Of a stretch of DNA of 64,000 nucleotides, positions 44,520 to 55,616 are shown one piece after another. A program made the translations under genes and the position numbers. Position 1 is the first letter of the stretch. Each line of letters starts with the position of its first letter. Under the pieces are notes generated by a model that had not been told where the DNA came from, ran no database searches, and worked only from the letters and a program-made list of their open reading frames with translations. The stretch is from an uncultured Rivularia sp. GTDB taxonomy: Bacteria > Cyanobacteriota > Cyanobacteriia > Cyanobacteriales > Nostocaceae. Location: positions 2,400,001 through 2,464,000 of the forward strand of contig OY762007.1 in NCBI GenBank assembly GCA_963665115.1, read 5' to 3'.

Positions 44520-45290
44520 ATGAACATTACAATTTCACAAAAATTAGGTTTATCTACGGCATTAGTTGTCAGTATAGTTAGTTGTTTTCCTCAGTCTGCA
44601 CAAGCACAATTGTTTAGATTTTCCGGACAATCAAATATAAAAGAAGGAACTAATAACTCTGTCTTTACTGAATTTATTCTAGATACAGATACAGGGGTTA
44701 TTCAAGATTTTACAGCCATAGAGCAAACTGCTGGAACTCCAGTATTAAATGTTAGTTCTCCTAGAGCAACAGTTACGACTTCTGAATTAACAACAAACGA
44801 ACGTCAAACTCTAAGTGACTTGCTAGTTCAACTAGATCAGAATCTAGACGAAGATGAATTAAACCAAGTAGTTGAGTATAACCTAAACTCTTTTGATGGA
44901 TTACCTAACTACGAAGCAACATTATATATTCCCTATAGAACAGAGGATGAAAAAGATAGTTTAATTAGTAATCTCGCTGCTTTTGAAAATGCTTTTGACA
45001 CTAACGAACAAATTAGAAATGTTGGGTTCCCCGGTATAATCGTTCGCGACTATATTGAAGAACTCGATGCCAGTCAAAGAATTACCATAAATGGAGTTGA
45101 TAAAACCATCGATTTCTTTGAAGTTGCTAATAATCCTAATTCAACGGAGTTCACGATCGAGAAGGTGAATATTCCCGAACCTACTACAACAACTGTAGGT
45201 TGGTTAGCAGCATTAACTGTAGGCGGGTTGTCGCTGCGTAAGGGGCATAAGCTCAAAGGGCATGGGAAGAGCGATCGCCAGATGAAATAA
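44520..45290 (+). CDS. PEP-CTERM sorting-signal exoprotein
   Basis: Signal peptide (SAQA); C-terminal IPEP + hydrophobic segment + basic tail. Confidence 0.82.
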   Translation: MNITISQKLGLSTALVVSIVSCFPQSAQAQLFRFSGQSNIKEGTNNSVFTEFILDTDTGVIQDFTAIEQTAGTPVLNVSSPRATVTTSELTTNERQTLSDLLVQLDQNLDEDELNQVVEYNLNSFDGLPNYEATLYIPYRTEDEKDSLISNLAAFENAFDTNEQIRNVGFPGIIVRDYIEELDASQRITINGVDKTIDFFEVANNPNSTEFTIEKVNIPEPTTTTVGWLAALTVGGLSLRKGHKLKGHGKSDRQMK

Positions 45291-45299
45291 AAGTATACT

Positions 45300-45450
45300 T
45301 CACTGTAAGTCGCACGCCACTTGCTACAACGGAGGGAACCTCCGCAACGCAGTGGCTTGGCTACACAAACAAAACCCGTCTGCACGGGTTTAAAATTAGT
45401 AGTCTACGCAGGTAGACTTTGCTTGTGTAGTAGCGGTTTTAACCGCCAGA
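45300..45450. mobile_element. Multi-hairpin MITE with nested small dispersed repeat
   Basis: GCTACACAAACAAAACCCG...GTCTACGCAGGTAGAC...TTGTGTAG; nested GCCACT...CGGAGGGAACCTCCG...AGTGGC at about 45316-45357. Confidence 0.6.
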
Positions 45451-45590
45451 TATTTTCAAACATCCTATCAGTTTTATACAGAGGGAATTACCCCGCATTT
45501 ATACATTTTAATATTGATGGATACGTAGCAGAACTACGTCTCTAAAAGAGTTTGGTATTCGATACAATTTGTTCGTGAATTTTAATTCAA

Positions 45591-45626
45591 AAAATCCTGC
45601 TAGCAAGAAAGTTTAGCAGGATTTTT
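45591..45626. terminator. Bidirectional-type intrinsic terminator
   Basis: AAAAATCCTGCTA...TAGCAGGATTTTT stem with A and T tails. Confidence 0.6.
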
Positions 45627-45854
45627 ATTTTACAAATTTTAATGCTTTGAATCAGGTTAATTCGTTATATGATGCTTTTAGTTATATAAATTGGTACGTA
45701 GTTGGGCTTTAGCACTATTTACTATAACTTTTTGCAAAGACAGCGCAACTACAAACCCAAGCGGGCTATTTAAATAGTCTTTCTATAGATAAATATAAAC
45801 ATCAACATATAAAAGTAAAAAACTTCGTCATAATTAACCTAAAAAAATAATCAT

Positions 45855-48599
45855 ATGAAAGCTTTTACTTATCAATTATTATGCATCAAAGTAAGTATTT
45901 TACTCTCGTTATTTGACTTTGGTAGTGTCAAAGCAGAAATCATTCCAGATCAAACATTACCAGTCAATACTCAAGTTATTAACCAAGGAAATATTCAGCT
46001 GATTCAACAAGGTACCCAGCGCGAGCAAAATCTGTTCCATAGTTTTCAAGAGTTTTCTGTGGATTTGAATGACATTGCCCGTTTTAATCACAATGCTGAT
46101 GTTCAAAATATTATTACACGGGTAACGGGTGATTCAGCTTCTAATATTAACGGTACAATTCAAACATTGATTAATGGCACTACAAATACAGGTAATGCCA
46201 ATCTTTTTTTAATCAACCCGAATGGAATTATATTTGGAGAAAATGCCACTTTAAATATTGGTGGTTCATTTCTTGGTTCTACGGCAGATAGTATTAGGTT
46301 CCAAGATGGAACGGAATTTAGCGCTACTGCCAATGATAATAATGCTTTACTGACAGTTAGCGTTCCTCTAGGTTTACAATTTGGTTCCAATCCTGGGAAT
46401 ATTATTAATCGCTCCCAAGCCAGCCCTAATGGTGATGTAAATTTTTTATTTCGGCCTGTTGGACTAAAAGTGACTGATGGTAACACTTTGGCATTAGTTG
46501 GTGGTAATATTGCTCTCGAAGCTGGTAATTTAACCGCAAGAGAAGGAAGAGTAGAGTTAGGTAGCGTTGCAGGTAATAGTTTTGTTAATTTGAGTGAAGC
46601 AGAAACAGGCTTTGCACTTGGATATACAGATGTACAAAACTTTCAAGATATTAGCCTTTCTCAAATTTCATCTGTTGATATCAGTGGTACGGGTGCAGGT
46701 TCAATCCAAGTACGTGGTAAAAATATAGAACTTAGTCAAGCATCGATAATTTTTGCAGTTACAGAAGGCTCAATTCCTGGGCAAGATTTAATTATTAATG
46801 CTGATGAATCAGTAAAATTGAGTGGAGGTGCAAATATTGGAACTTTTGTTGTCGCTGAAGCCAAAGCTGGAAATGTATTAGTAACAGCTTCCGAGTCTGT
46901 GGAATTAATCGGTACTACCTCAGCAACAGATGGTGGTTTTTTGACCGTGATTGGTTCTCAAGTACTTGAAGGAACAGGTGATGGTGGTAATGTAGAAGTT
47001 AACACTAAGCGAATCATTATCCAAAATGGAGGCGCTATTGAGTCTTCCACATTCGATGCAGGAAACGCTGGAAATATTTTAGTTAGAGCTTCAGATAATA
47101 TCCAACTCATAGGTACTACAGCAGATGGTAATAATTCAAGTGGGATTTTTGCTCAAGTTGGACAATTTGCCGCAGATAATCCCGGCAACGCTGGAAAATT
47201 AACAATTGAAACCAGAGAACTAACCCTTACAGAGGGAGCGCAGATATCCAGTTCAGCACGTTTGAGCGGTAGCGGAGGAGATATACGTATTGACGCGAGT
47301 GACTTTATTACCCTTTCTGGTAGTTCAGCGACTGCCACAGAAGTAAGAGGTAGTAGCGGTATTTTTGTTTCTGCGGAGCCGCAAGGAACTATTGGGGATG
47401 TAGGTAGCTTAACCATTAATACCGGAGTACTGACGGTAGAAAATGGAGCAAAAATATCAGCGGATAACTTTGCTACAGATAACAATCCAGGTACGGTAGA
47501 TTTAAACCTCAGCAAATTGATAATTCGCGATGGGGGATTAGTCACGGCTGGTTCTTTTGCTAGCAGTGATGGTGGTATCTTAAATGTTAATGCCACAGAT
47601 TCTGTAGAAGTTACGGGTACGGGTGTAATTGGTGAAAATATTCCTGTTAAAAGTACCTTGTTTACTCGTGCTGAATCTTCTGGAAATGCCGGGAATTTAT
47701 CTATAAACACACCAAGTTTACTGGTAAGAGATAGTGCAGAAATTACCGTCAGTAGCACGGGTACGGGTAGAGCAGGGAATTTAGAAGTAAATGCCGATAC
47801 TGTGGAGTTAAATAATCAAGCCAAATTGATTGGTGAAACTGTAGCAACTGCCGATGCTGGTAATATCACGCTCAAGTTAGCAGATTTCTTGTTAATGCGG
47901 AATCAAAGCCAAATTTCAACTTCGGCGGGTACAGATGCGGCTCCTGGAAACGGCGGTAATATTTTTATTGATGTTCCCAACGGCTTTATTATTGCCCTGC
48001 CCAATGAAAACAGCGATATTACAGCCAATGCCTTTAGCGGTAGCGGCGGACAAATTACAATTGATGCCAATAATATATTTGGAATCACACCTTTAACTAG
48101 AGACGAATTAATTCAACAACTGGGAACAGATAACCCCCAAGAACTTAACCCAAATAATTTAGCTAGCAGCAACATTACAGCAATTTCTCAACAAAACCCG
48201 AATTTAGACGGTGATTTTACAATTACAGATCCAGATATAGACCCGAATCGTGGTTTAATCGAACTACCCGAAAATCTAGTAGATGCATCACAACTAGTTT
48301 CTCAAGCTTGTACACCTAGAGGAAGACAAAATGCCAGTACTTTTATCTCAACAGGAAGAGGTGGATTACCGTTAAGCCCAAATCAGCCTGTACGTAAACG
48401 TGCGGTAATTACAAATTGGGTTGATTTACCGTCGCAAACAACCGAAAGAAGAATAAATAAATTACCCACCGCCGAAGCAACTAAATCTACTCCAAAAATT
48501 ATTGAAGCCCAGAAAATAGTAGTTGATAAAAATGGCGACACTTTCCTGGTAGCTGAATCTCCACAAAATCACACTCCCTCGACTATCTCCTGTAATTAA
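45855..48599 (+). CDS. Filamentous haemagglutinin family exoprotein (TpsA-like secretion domain)
   Basis: IIPDQTLP, NLFHSFQEFS, NIITRVTG, ANLFLINPNGI, G/N-rich beta-helix repeats, STGRGGLP tail. Confidence 0.9.
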   Translation: MKAFTYQLLCIKVSILLSLFDFGSVKAEIIPDQTLPVNTQVINQGNIQLIQQGTQREQNLFHSFQEFSVDLNDIARFNHNADVQNIITRVTGDSASNINGTIQTLINGTTNTGNANLFLINPNGIIFGENATLNIGGSFLGSTADSIRFQDGTEFSATANDNNALLTVSVPLGLQFGSNPGNIINRSQASPNGDVNFLFRPVGLKVTDGNTLALVGGNIALEAGNLTAREGRVELGSVAGNSFVNLSEAETGFALGYTDVQNFQDISLSQISSVDISGTGAGSIQVRGKNIELSQASIIFAVTEGSIPGQDLIINADESVKLSGGANIGTFVVAEAKAGNVLVTASESVELIGTTSATDGGFLTVIGSQVLEGTGDGGNVEVNTKRIIIQNGGAIESSTFDAGNAGNILVRASDNIQLIGTTADGNNSSGIFAQVGQFAADNPGNAGKLTIETRELTLTEGAQISSSARLSGSGGDIRIDASDFITLSGSSATATEVRGSSGIFVSAEPQGTIGDVGSLTINTGVLTVENGAKISADNFATDNNPGTVDLNLSKLIIRDGGLVTAGSFASSDGGILNVNATDSVEVTGTGVIGENIPVKSTLFTRAESSGNAGNLSINTPSLLVRDSAEITVSSTGTGRAGNLEVNADTVELNNQAKLIGETVATADAGNITLKLADFLLMRNQSQISTSAGTDAAPGNGGNIFIDVPNGFIIALPNENSDITANAFSGSGGQITIDANNIFGITPLTRDELIQQLGTDNPQELNPNNLASSNITAISQQNPNLDGDFTITDPDIDPNRGLIELPENLVDASQLVSQACTPRGRQNASTFISTGRGGLPLSPNQPVRKRAVITNWVDLPSQTTERRINKLPTAEATKSTPKIIEAQKIVVDKNGDTFLVAESPQNHTPSTISCN

Positions 48600-48604
48600 T
48601 AACT

Positions 48605-48712
48605 TACAGCATATTTCATTTTGGCGAGGTAGATTCTGACGGGCAGGGATGCCCATCCCACAAGAGTTTTAGCATACAGCTTTGTACCTCCTGCAAGTTG
48701 CAAAGTGCTGTA
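48605..48712. mobile_element. MITE-like element with TACAGCA...TGCTGTA ends
   Basis: TACAGCATATTTCA...GAGGTAGA / TGTACCTC...AAAGTGCTGTA inverted ends; internal hairpin GGGATGCCCATCCC. Confidence 0.55.
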
Positions 48713-48784
48713 TTACTCAAAAACACTCAGCGTACCTCCGCGTTTACCTCCCTTTCCTCTGCGTTTAAAAAATATATCAATACC

Positions 48785-51445
48785 ATGATATTCAAAAATA
48801 ATAAATATATAGCTTTTTTTAAACTTGAACAATACAAACTAGAATCCCTCTCCTTTAAAAGGAGAGGGAAAAAGGGTGAGGTTATTAAAATCCGTGATTT
48901 CCGCGTTTTCATTGCCTTGGTGTTGGTAACAGCTATTTGCATTATTAATTCTCCCGTTGCAGCAAATATTATATTAAAATCACAAGCTCAAGAAACGCAA
49001 TACATAGCATCTCTACAACAAGGCAAACAACTATATGAAGCCGGAAGAATTACCGAATCTATCAATGTATTGCAACAAGCGATCGCAAATTATCGCAATC
49101 GAGGAGATGAATTAAAACAAGCCGTTGCATTGAGTAATTTAGCTTTAGCTTATCAAAAATTGGGTAACTTAAATCAAGCTCAACAAGCAATTACCCAAAG
49201 TTTAGAATTATTTGGTATTAACCAAAATTCAATCCAAAACCCATCCGTTGCCAAAATTCTCGATATTCAAGGTAGCATCCAACTAGATTTAGGAAAAGCC
49301 GAAGAAGCACTGAAAACCTGGCAAAATTCAGAAACTATATATAAACAAATTAATAATCAAAATGGTGTTGTTAGTAGTCGGATTAACCAAGCCACAGCAT
49401 GGCAAGTTTTAGGATTTTACCGTCGGAGTTTAACAATTTTAACTGCATTGCAACAAGAAACCCAAACACAACCAAACTCTATAAATAAAGCAATAGAACT
49501 ACGTTCTTTAGGAGATGCTCTACAATTAGCAGGTGATTTAAAACAGTCTCGTCAGGCATTAAATCAAAGTTTGAAAATTGCCCAAAGATTAAATTCACCA
49601 CCAAATATCAGCGCTGCTTTTTTAAGTTTGGGTAATACAGCGCGAGTAGAGCAAAATTTTTCACAAGCAATCAAGTTTTATCAACAAGCTGCTCAGTTTA
49701 CGACAAACCCGACTACTAAAGTTCGAGCTACTATTAATCAATTAAATCTTTTAGTTAATAATGAAAATACCGAAGCCGCCAAAACACTATTACCGCAAAT
49801 TGAAGCTCAATTAAATAATTTACCAGCTTCTCAAACCAATATCTACGCTCGGATTAATTTAGTTCAAAGTTTGCTCAAATTAAATACTAAACCCGAAACT
49901 ATTGCTCAAATCTCCGCTACAGCAGTACAGCAAGCCAAAAATTTAGTAGATAAACGAGCAGAAAGCTTTGCTCTTGGTACTCTAGGTAGCGTCTACGAGC
50001 AAACTAAACAATTCTCCAATGCCCAGAAACTCACCCAACAAGCACTAACTATTGCTCAAACCATTAATGCTGCTGATATATCTTACCGCTGGCATTGGCA
50101 GTTAGGAAGGTTATTAAAACAGCAGGGAAAAATTGAAAGTGCGATCGCATCTTATGATAGTGCGGTGAATGATTTGCAGAGTCTCCGCAGCGATTTAGTA
50201 GCGGTGAATCGCGATGTACAATATTCCTTTAGAGAAAGTGTGGAACCCGTATATCGGGAATCGGTAGCATTGCTGTTGCAGTCACAGCAAAGCAACAACA
50301 GCGAAAAGACTTTAGATAAAGCTAGACAAAGAATTGAATCACTGCAATTAGCAGAATTAGACAATTATTTTCGGCAAGCTTGTATAGATACTCAAAAAGT
50401 AGTGCTAGACAAAGTAGTAGACGAAGATAATCCTACTGCTGCAATTATTTACCCAATTATTTTGCCGCAACAGCTACAGGTAATCGTTAAAATTCCTAAT
50501 CAACCCCTGCGTAACTATACAATCAATGAATCCCAAAGCGAAGTTGAAAAGCTTCTCACAACCTTGCGGGAATATCTTTTAGAACCTGATAGAGTTGAGG
50601 AAGTGCAGTCACTCTCACAGCAAGTCTATGGTTGGTTAATCAAAAATATTGAGTCAGATTTGCAAAAAAGTGGAGTCAAAACCCTGGTATTTGTACTAGA
50701 TGGGGCATTGCGTAATATTCCGATGGCTATTTTGTATGATGGCGAACAACATATTATTGAAAAATATGCAGTAGCCTTGAGTTTGGGACTTCAGTTACTC
50801 ACACCCAAACCCTTATCAGAAGAACCACTCAAAGTTTTAGCCGCAGGGTTAGTAGAGCCACCAGCAGAATTTGATCGGATGTTTCCACCGTTACCAGGAA
50901 TTAAATCTGAGTTTAATTTAATTAGCAAAACAGGGGTATCGAAAAAACAACTTTTAAATCAAGAATTTACTAGCACTAGCTTAGAAAAAAATGTAAACAC
51001 CACTCCCTTTAATATCCTGCATCTAGCAACCCACGGTGTATTTAGCTCCCAACCCGAAAATACTTACATCCTAGCGGCAGATGGTAAGATTAACGTTACC
51101 CAATTTGATAGTTTGCTGCGTAGTCGGAATGAAAGCCGCTCGGAAGCTTTAGAAATGCTGGTGTTAAGCGCTTGTCAAACTGCTGCTGGCGATAATCGCG
51201 CCACACTGGGTTTAGCAGGAGTATCCGTCAAAGCTGGAGCGCGGAGTACCTTAGCTTCATTGTGGCACGTTAACGATAAATCAACGGCTCTGTTGATGGG
51301 CGAATTTTATCGCGAGTTAGCCAATACCAAGGTAACTAAAGCAGAAGCTCTGCGTCGTGCCCAAGTAACACTATTAAAAAAATATCCTAATTACGAACGC
51401 CCTCAATTTTGGGCACCCTATGTATTAGTTGGTAACTGGCTTTGA
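48785..51445 (+). CDS. TPR + CHAT domain protein (caspase-like protease)
   Basis: Signal/TM segment, TPR repeats, LHLATHG and LVLSACQTA catalytic motifs, ASLW, WAPYVLVGNWL; start ATG 48785 tentative. Confidence 0.9.
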   Translation: MIFKNNKYIAFFKLEQYKLESLSFKRRGKKGEVIKIRDFRVFIALVLVTAICIINSPVAANIILKSQAQETQYIASLQQGKQLYEAGRITESINVLQQAIANYRNRGDELKQAVALSNLALAYQKLGNLNQAQQAITQSLELFGINQNSIQNPSVAKILDIQGSIQLDLGKAEEALKTWQNSETIYKQINNQNGVVSSRINQATAWQVLGFYRRSLTILTALQQETQTQPNSINKAIELRSLGDALQLAGDLKQSRQALNQSLKIAQRLNSPPNISAAFLSLGNTARVEQNFSQAIKFYQQAAQFTTNPTTKVRATINQLNLLVNNENTEAAKTLLPQIEAQLNNLPASQTNIYARINLVQSLLKLNTKPETIAQISATAVQQAKNLVDKRAESFALGTLGSVYEQTKQFSNAQKLTQQALTIAQTINAADISYRWHWQLGRLLKQQGKIESAIASYDSAVNDLQSLRSDLVAVNRDVQYSFRESVEPVYRESVALLLQSQQSNNSEKTLDKARQRIESLQLAELDNYFRQACIDTQKVVLDKVVDEDNPTAAIIYPIILPQQLQVIVKIPNQPLRNYTINESQSEVEKLLTTLREYLLEPDRVEEVQSLSQQVYGWLIKNIESDLQKSGVKTLVFVLDGALRNIPMAILYDGEQHIIEKYAVALSLGLQLLTPKPLSEEPLKVLAAGLVEPPAEFDRMFPPLPGIKSEFNLISKTGVSKKQLLNQEFTSTSLEKNVNTTPFNILHLATHGVFSSQPENTYILAADGKINVTQFDSLLRSRNESRSEALEMLVLSACQTAAGDNRATLGLAGVSVKAGARSTLASLWHVNDKSTALLMGEFYRELANTKVTKAEALRRAQVTLLKKYPNYERPQFWAPYVLVGNWL

Positions 51446-51585
51446 ATGGTGATAAATATTCCCTATTCCCTGTTCCCCACTCATTGTCTAAAATTTGATG
51501 TAGTTTGTCCAACATACTTCTTTTGATAGTATTTTTCCCTCAAGTCTAGACTTAAGATTTGCGAGAGGGATAGTAACTATAAAAA

Positions 51586-52159
51586 ATGACTACAACTACG
51601 CCAAATCCGCTATCAACTGCTGTAGGAAATAACAGCGTTGAAGTGACATTAAAGGTTAACGGTACGGAACATACTTTAAACATCGAACCCCGCGTTACTC
51701 TTTTGGATGCATTGCGGGAACGTTTAAATTTAACTGGTAGTAAAAAAGGTTGCAACCACGGGCAGTGTGGAGCTTGTACTGTTTTAATAAATGGAGAAAG
51801 AATTAATTCCTGTCTGGCTTTAGCAATCATGCATGAAGGAGACGAAATTACAACTATTGAAGGGCTGGCTAATGGTAGCGAACTTCATATAATGCAGGCT
51901 GCATTTGTGAATAATGATGGTTTTCAATGCGGTTACTGTACTTCGGGACAAATTTGCTCTGCGGTGGCTTTGCTTTCGGAAATAGAAGCAGGGCAAGCAA
52001 GTACGGTAACTGATTTAGAAGAAATTGCCAACCCAACCGCATCAATTGAATTAACCGACACAGAAATACGCGAAACGCATGAGTGGAAACCTTTGTCGCT
52101 GCGGCGCTTATCCGCATATTGTAGCTGCCGTTAGGGAAGCTTATCAGGTTAAAGGTTAG
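51586..52159 (+). CDS. paoA: PaoA/YagT-like 2Fe-2S subunit, +1 frameshift near 52074
   Basis: GCNHGQCGAC, NSC, QCGYC; joins RMSGNLCRCGAY ending at TAG 52159. Confidence 0.88.
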
Positions 52160-52165
52160 AGAAGA

Positions 52166-52273
52166 GAGAGGGGGTAGAGGGGGAAGAGGGGGAAGAGGGG
52201 GTAGAAATTACCAATTACCAATTACCAATTACCAATTACCAATTACCAATTACCAATTACCAATTACCAATTA
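52166..52273. repeat. G-rich 9-mers followed by a (CCAATTA)n heptamer array
   Basis: Directly visible; about 9 CCAATTA units. Confidence 0.9.
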
Positions 52274-52293
52274 ATAACTGTTCACTGAAAAAG

Positions 52294-53277
52294 ATGAAAC
52301 CATTTAATTACCAAAAAGCTGATTCTTCAAATGCTGCTGTACAAGAATTAAGCAGTAATAACCAAGCAAAAATAATCGGTGGCGGTACAAATTTACTCGA
52401 TTTGATGAAATCTGGTGTGGAAGTACCGGATAGTTTAATTGATATTACTAAATTACCGCTGGCTGAAATTACAGAATTACCTAATGGTGGGGTACGTATT
52501 GGTGCTTTAGCTCGTAATACTGCGACTGCAAATCATCCTTTAATTCGAGAAAGATATCCTTTGTTGTCACAAGCTTTTCTTTCCGGTGCAACTCAGCAGT
52601 TACGCAATATGGCAACCGTTGGTGGAAACTTAATGCAAAGAACTCGTTGCTATTATTTCTACGATACCGCAACGCCATGTAATAAGCGGGAACCGGGTTC
52701 TGGATGTCCTGCGGTGGAAGGTTTTAACCGAATTCACGCCATTCTGGGTGCTTCCGAAAATTGTATTGCTACTCATCCCTCAGATATGTGCGTTGCTTTA
52801 GCAGCTTTGGATGCAGTTGTGAGAGTAGTTAGCGCATCGGGTGAGGAAAGAGAAATACCCGCAACCGAATTTCACCGTTTACCCGGAGATACCCCAAATA
52901 TAGATACAAATTTACAAGAAAACGAATTAATAACCGCCGTTGATTTGCCTCCATCTTTGAATGCAAAATCTTATTACTTAAAAGTTAGAGATAGAGCTTC
53001 TTATGCATTTGCTTTAGTTTCAGTTGCTGCTGTATTGGAAATTGAAAATAATTCCATCAAAACCGCACGTTTGGCAATGGGTGGAGTAGCACATAAACCT
53101 TGGAGAGCAACTAATGCAGAAGAAATATTAGTCGGCGCAATTCCCAGCGAAGAAGTATTTCGACAAGCAGCAGAAACCGCATTACAAGGAAGTCTTGGTT
53201 ATCAACATAATAATTTCAAAATTGAACTAGCGAAGCGGGCGATCGTTCGCGCATTGATGACAGTTGCAAATGGGTAA
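52294..53277 (+). CDS. paoB: PaoB/YagS-like FAD-binding subunit with extra Cys cluster motif
   Basis: GGGTNLLDLMK, QLRNMATVGGNLMQRTRC, CNKR...GC, CIATHPSD, KVRDRASYAFAL. Confidence 0.92.
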   Translation: MKPFNYQKADSSNAAVQELSSNNQAKIIGGGTNLLDLMKSGVEVPDSLIDITKLPLAEITELPNGGVRIGALARNTATANHPLIRERYPLLSQAFLSGATQQLRNMATVGGNLMQRTRCYYFYDTATPCNKREPGSGCPAVEGFNRIHAILGASENCIATHPSDMCVALAALDAVVRVVSASGEEREIPATEFHRLPGDTPNIDTNLQENELITAVDLPPSLNAKSYYLKVRDRASYAFALVSVAAVLEIENNSIKTARLAMGGVAHKPWRATNAEEILVGAIPSEEVFRQAAETALQGSLGYQHNNFKIELAKRAIVRALMTVANG

Positions 53278-53474
53278 TAGGTAATAGGGGGAGGAGGGGG
53301 GAGATGCGGAGATTAGGAGATATAGCAGATTGCAGCCTTATTAATTATTAGCAGGGAGCGAGACGCTCCCACTACGTTTTTGACTGCTACTCTTTACCAT
53401 TCTCAATGCCCAATACCCCATCCCCAATTACCAATTACCAATTACCAATTACCAATTTTTAATCTAAAATCGTT

Positions 53475-55616
53475 ATGGCTCAAACAATCGGAAAACCTTT
53501 AAATCGCGTTGACGGTAATCTTAAAGTTACTGGTGACGCACATTATTCGGCTGAATTTTCTCAAGAAAAACTGGCTTATGCTGTTGCTATTCCTAGTACT
53601 ATAGCAAGGGGAAAAATTACAAGTATTGATACGAGTGCGGCAGAAAATTTATCAGGTGTTGTAAGTGTAATAACTCATGAAAATGCCCCAAAACTACAGC
53701 CTCTGAAAACTTTTATGGAAGGTGGAGCTGCGGCAGAAAAACGCTTACCTTTACAAGATAATTCTGTTTATTACAGCGGCGAACATATTGGTTTAGTAAT
53801 AGCAGATACCTTAGAACAAGCGACTTATGCTGCTTCTTTGGTGCGATTTACCTATGAAGAAGAAACTCCAATTATAGAGATGCTTCTTGAGCGAAAACAA
53901 GAAATTGAACCGTCAACTGTAATGGGGAAACCGCCGAAAGTTGTTAGAGGTAATCCTGAAGATGCTTTTAATTCTGCGGATGTTAAAATTTCGGAGATTT
54001 ATACAACACCTACCGAACACCATAATCCCATAGAACCTTCTGCAACAACTGCTATATGGGAAAACGATACATTAACAGTTTATACTTCCACGCAAAATAC
54101 TTACGGAACAAAAAAAGCTTTAGCAACTAGTTTACAAATCCCGGAAGAAAACGTGCGGGTAGTTTGTCAGTTTATCGGTGGTGCATTCGGTTGCAAAGGT
54201 ACTTTTTGGTCGCACATGATATTACCAGTAATTGCAACTCGTCATGTCAATCGTCCGGTAAAGTTTGTTTTAACCCGCGAAGATATGTTTAACGTTGTCG
54301 GGCATCGTGCCGAAACCGAACAAACTGTTAAATTAGGGGCAACTAAGGAAGGTAAGTTAACGGCAATCATTCACGATGGTATTTCCCATACTTCGATGTT
54401 TGATGAGTTCGCCGAACCTTTCACCATTGCAACTCATATGCTCTACGCTTGCGATAATTTACAGGCATCTCAACGGTTGATACGTTTGAATAAAGGTACT
54501 CCTACATTCATGCGTGCCCCTGGGGAGGCTTCGGGGGTTTTTGCACTAGAAGCGGCAATGGATGAACTTGCTTATGCTTTAAAAATTGACCCTATAGAAT
54601 TAAGATTAATCAATTACGCCGATACCGATCCTGACGAAAATTTACCTTGGTCGAGTAAGTCTCTGAAAGAATGTTACCAAATCGGTGCGGAGAAATTTGG
54701 CTGGTCGAAACGCAATCCCGAAATCGGCTCGATGCGCGACGGTCATTATTTAATTGGTATGGGTATGGCAACGGCAACTTACCCAGTCTTGACCTCACCT
54801 GCTTCCGCTAAAGCCAAAATGCTTTCGGATGGTAGCGTGCTGGTACAAAGCAGCACTCACGAGATGGGTGGTGGTACGGCTACCGTGATGGCGCAACTGA
54901 TCGCCGATACTTTAAATTTGCCCTTTGAAAAAGTCTGCTTTGAATATGGAGATACCAAATTACCCTATGCCCCCGTCAGCGGTGGTTCGATGACAGTAAG
55001 CAGCGTTGGGAGTGCGGTACATGGTGCTGTCAAAGGATTGCAAGCAAAGGTTTTAGAACTTGGGGGAGTAAGCCAAAGCGACTCCCTAACAATTGAAGAT
55101 TACGCAAGTATATTGAGGAAAAAGAACAAAGAACAAATCGAAGTTGAATACGATGCTAAATTTGACCAAGATAAAAAATATTCAAAACACGCTTTTGGCG
55201 CTCAATTTGTCGAAGTGCGGATAGATCCAGATTTTGGCGAGGTGCGGATTAACCGTTATACGGGAGCCTTCGCTTGCGGAAAAATATTAAATCATAAAAC
55301 AGCGCGATCGCAATTCATGGGCGGTATCATCATGGGTATCGGCATGGCGTTGATGGAAGAAACCGTAGTCGATCCAAATTTAGGAAGAGTAATGAATGCA
55401 AACCTTGGTGAATATCACGTTCCAGTAAACGCCGATATTCCCGATATTGACATAGAAATGGTTGAAGAAATTGATAACCATGTCAATCCAATTGGCACAA
55501 AAGGTATTGGTGAAGTTGGCATTACAGGAGTAGCTGCTGCGGTAGCAAATGCCGTTTATCATGCGACAGGTAAACGGATTCGCAATTTACCAATTACCCC
55601 CGATAAAGTGATGTAA
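53475..55616 (+). CDS. paoC: PaoC/YagR-like molybdopterin-binding subunit (xanthine oxidase family)
   Basis: RVDG..KVTG.A.Y, HNPIEP, GGAFGCK, MRAPG, SGGS, KGIGEVG, PITPDK. Confidence 0.92.
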   Translation: MAQTIGKPLNRVDGNLKVTGDAHYSAEFSQEKLAYAVAIPSTIARGKITSIDTSAAENLSGVVSVITHENAPKLQPLKTFMEGGAAAEKRLPLQDNSVYYSGEHIGLVIADTLEQATYAASLVRFTYEEETPIIEMLLERKQEIEPSTVMGKPPKVVRGNPEDAFNSADVKISEIYTTPTEHHNPIEPSATTAIWENDTLTVYTSTQNTYGTKKALATSLQIPEENVRVVCQFIGGAFGCKGTFWSHMILPVIATRHVNRPVKFVLTREDMFNVVGHRAETEQTVKLGATKEGKLTAIIHDGISHTSMFDEFAEPFTIATHMLYACDNLQASQRLIRLNKGTPTFMRAPGEASGVFALEAAMDELAYALKIDPIELRLINYADTDPDENLPWSSKSLKECYQIGAEKFGWSKRNPEIGSMRDGHYLIGMGMATATYPVLTSPASAKAKMLSDGSVLVQSSTHEMGGGTATVMAQLIADTLNLPFEKVCFEYGDTKLPYAPVSGGSMTVSSVGSAVHGAVKGLQAKVLELGGVSQSDSLTIEDYASILRKKNKEQIEVEYDAKFDQDKKYSKHAFGAQFVEVRIDPDFGEVRINRYTGAFACGKILNHKTARSQFMGGIIMGIGMALMEETVVDPNLGRVMNANLGEYHVPVNADIPDIDIEMVEEIDNHVNPIGTKGIGEVGITGVAAAVANAVYHATGKRIRNLPITPDKVM

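Noticed and set aside
47153..47758. 201-aa antisense ORF and other short antisense ORFs in the track
   Set aside because: Shadow frames opposite well-supported genes, with no recognisable motifs
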